In this document: positions 63,495 through 64,000 of the stretch, piece by piece
How positions within the stretch are numbered: the stretch's first letter is position 1
Layout of the letters: every line of letters starts with the position of its first letter
Assembly: GCA_964423925.1 (NCBI GenBank)
Contig: CAYRGQ010000008.1
Span: forward strand, 3,033 to 67,032
Source: an uncultured Sphingobacteriaceae bacterium
Lineage (GTDB): Bacteria; Bacteroidota; Bacteroidia; Sphingobacteriales; Sphingobacteriaceae
Direction of reading: 5' to 3'
DNA length: 64,000 nt
Notes under the pieces: generated by a model
The model's input: the letters and a program-made list of their open reading frames with translations, nothing else
What the model was told of the DNA's origin: nothing
Database searches by the model: none
Position numbers and translations under genes: made by a program

Positions 63495-64000
63495 CTATTT
63501 TCCGGGAAGAATAACGCTAAAAAAGGTGCCTTCGCCTGGGGCGGAATCCACGGTGATTTTTCCACCGAGTTTGGTTACGATGCCTTTAACGTTATACAGG
63601 CCGAAACCTGCCCCCGCCACTTGATCACTGGCGCGATAAAATAGGTTAAAAATATGGCCCAAATCTTTCTCCCCGATTCCGATTCCATTGTCTTTGACTC
63701 CGATGACGACTTGCTTGTCGGCTACTGTTGCCGTCAAATTGACGTGCTTGTTCGGGTTGTCGCGCCGCTGGTATTTAAACGCGTTGGAAAGCAGATTCTG
63801 GATAATTAATTTCAGCGCCACCTCATCCGTGCGGAAGGGCTCACTTTGCTGCACGGAAATCGCGAGCTCAATGCCATTATTTTCAATATGGATACTGTAA
63901 AACTCTCTGAAATAATCAAACAGGGCCTGGAAGTCGACTTCACCAATGTTCAAGCCGCCCCGCCGATGCAAATAGTAATCATGCAAATTGTTTATATAAA
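63495..64000 (-). CDS. Sensor histidine kinase, C-terminal HATPase_c part (5' end outside window)
   Basis: N-box (LLSNAFKY), G1 (DNGIGI) and G2 (GAGFGL). The frame stays open to the window edge. Confidence 0.88.
   Translation of the reverse strand, partial: YINNLHDYYLHRRGGLNIGEVDFQALFDYFREFYSIHIENNGIELAISVQQSEPFRTDEVALKLIIQNLLSNAFKYQRRDNPNKHVNLTATVADKQVVIGVKDNGIGIGEKDLGHIFNLFYRASDQVAGAGFGLYNVKGIVTKLGGKITVDSAPGEGTFFSVILPGK

Noticed and set aside
1-64000. Searched by eye for CRISPR arrays, tRNA/rRNA/tmRNA/RNase P hallmarks, transposase/integrase genes, toxin-antitoxin pairs and known defence genes.
   Set aside because: I found none: no regularly spaced direct repeats, no GGTTCGAATCC-type T-arms, no recombinase motifs. 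The window reads as core chromosome. This was a manual scan and could miss degenerate elements.

Overview
This window looks like a chromosomal, mostly housekeeping segment of a Bacteroidota genome, probably a gliding Sphingobacteriia/Cytophagia-like organism. The pointers are a GldB-like lipoprotein, a DUF4835 protein, many exact TAnnTTTG -7 boxes, and A-rich leaders that lack Shine-Dalgarno sequences. I call about 60 protein genes, in this order. The 3' part of rnc. A partial arginine cluster (GNAT, argG, a paiA/paiB-like pair, argC). A DinB protein and a WYL regulator. A heme operon (hemA, a hemC-hemD fusion, hemB, hemL). A secreted metallophosphoesterase. A seven-gene Mrp cation/proton antiporter operon. 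metG, DoxX and a methyltransferase. A SAM-I riboswitch in front of metF. A GH20 hexosaminidase and lipA. A nucleotide-sugar operon (UDP-xylose synthase, galE, an unknown gene, rfbB) followed by two GT-B glycosyltransferase-like genes. pyk. An mhq-like dioxygenase/esterase pair. Pyruvate dehydrogenase E1-alpha and E2. TraB/GumN. An ~846-nt gap without a credible gene, then an output-less pseudo-receiver and an M43 metalloprotease lipoprotein. A 2-hydroxyacid dehydrogenase and an FGGY kinase. nadE, an OM beta-barrel protein, gldB-like, DUF2461, anmK, gcvH, VanZ, fabI, recN, DUF4835, a CE15 esterase, cobA, trmB, trhO, a second DinB, a response regulator, and the 3' part of a histidine kinase. By eye I saw no rRNA, tRNA, CRISPR array, transposase/integrase or recognisable defence genes. 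I do not see a clear-cut novel multi-gene system. The best leads are cis-acting or small: (1) the repeat-bearing 846-nt non-coding gap plus the phosphomimetic pseudo-receiver at 41.9-43.2 kb; (2) a structured leader with an overlapping uORF, plus a triplicated 11-mer, upstream of cobA; (3) a homopolymer frameshift in a PaiB-like gene inside the arg cluster; (4) an Arg-rich uORF upstream of the arg genes. All coordinates were counted by hand from the printed sequence. All family assignments come from motif recognition, not from searches.
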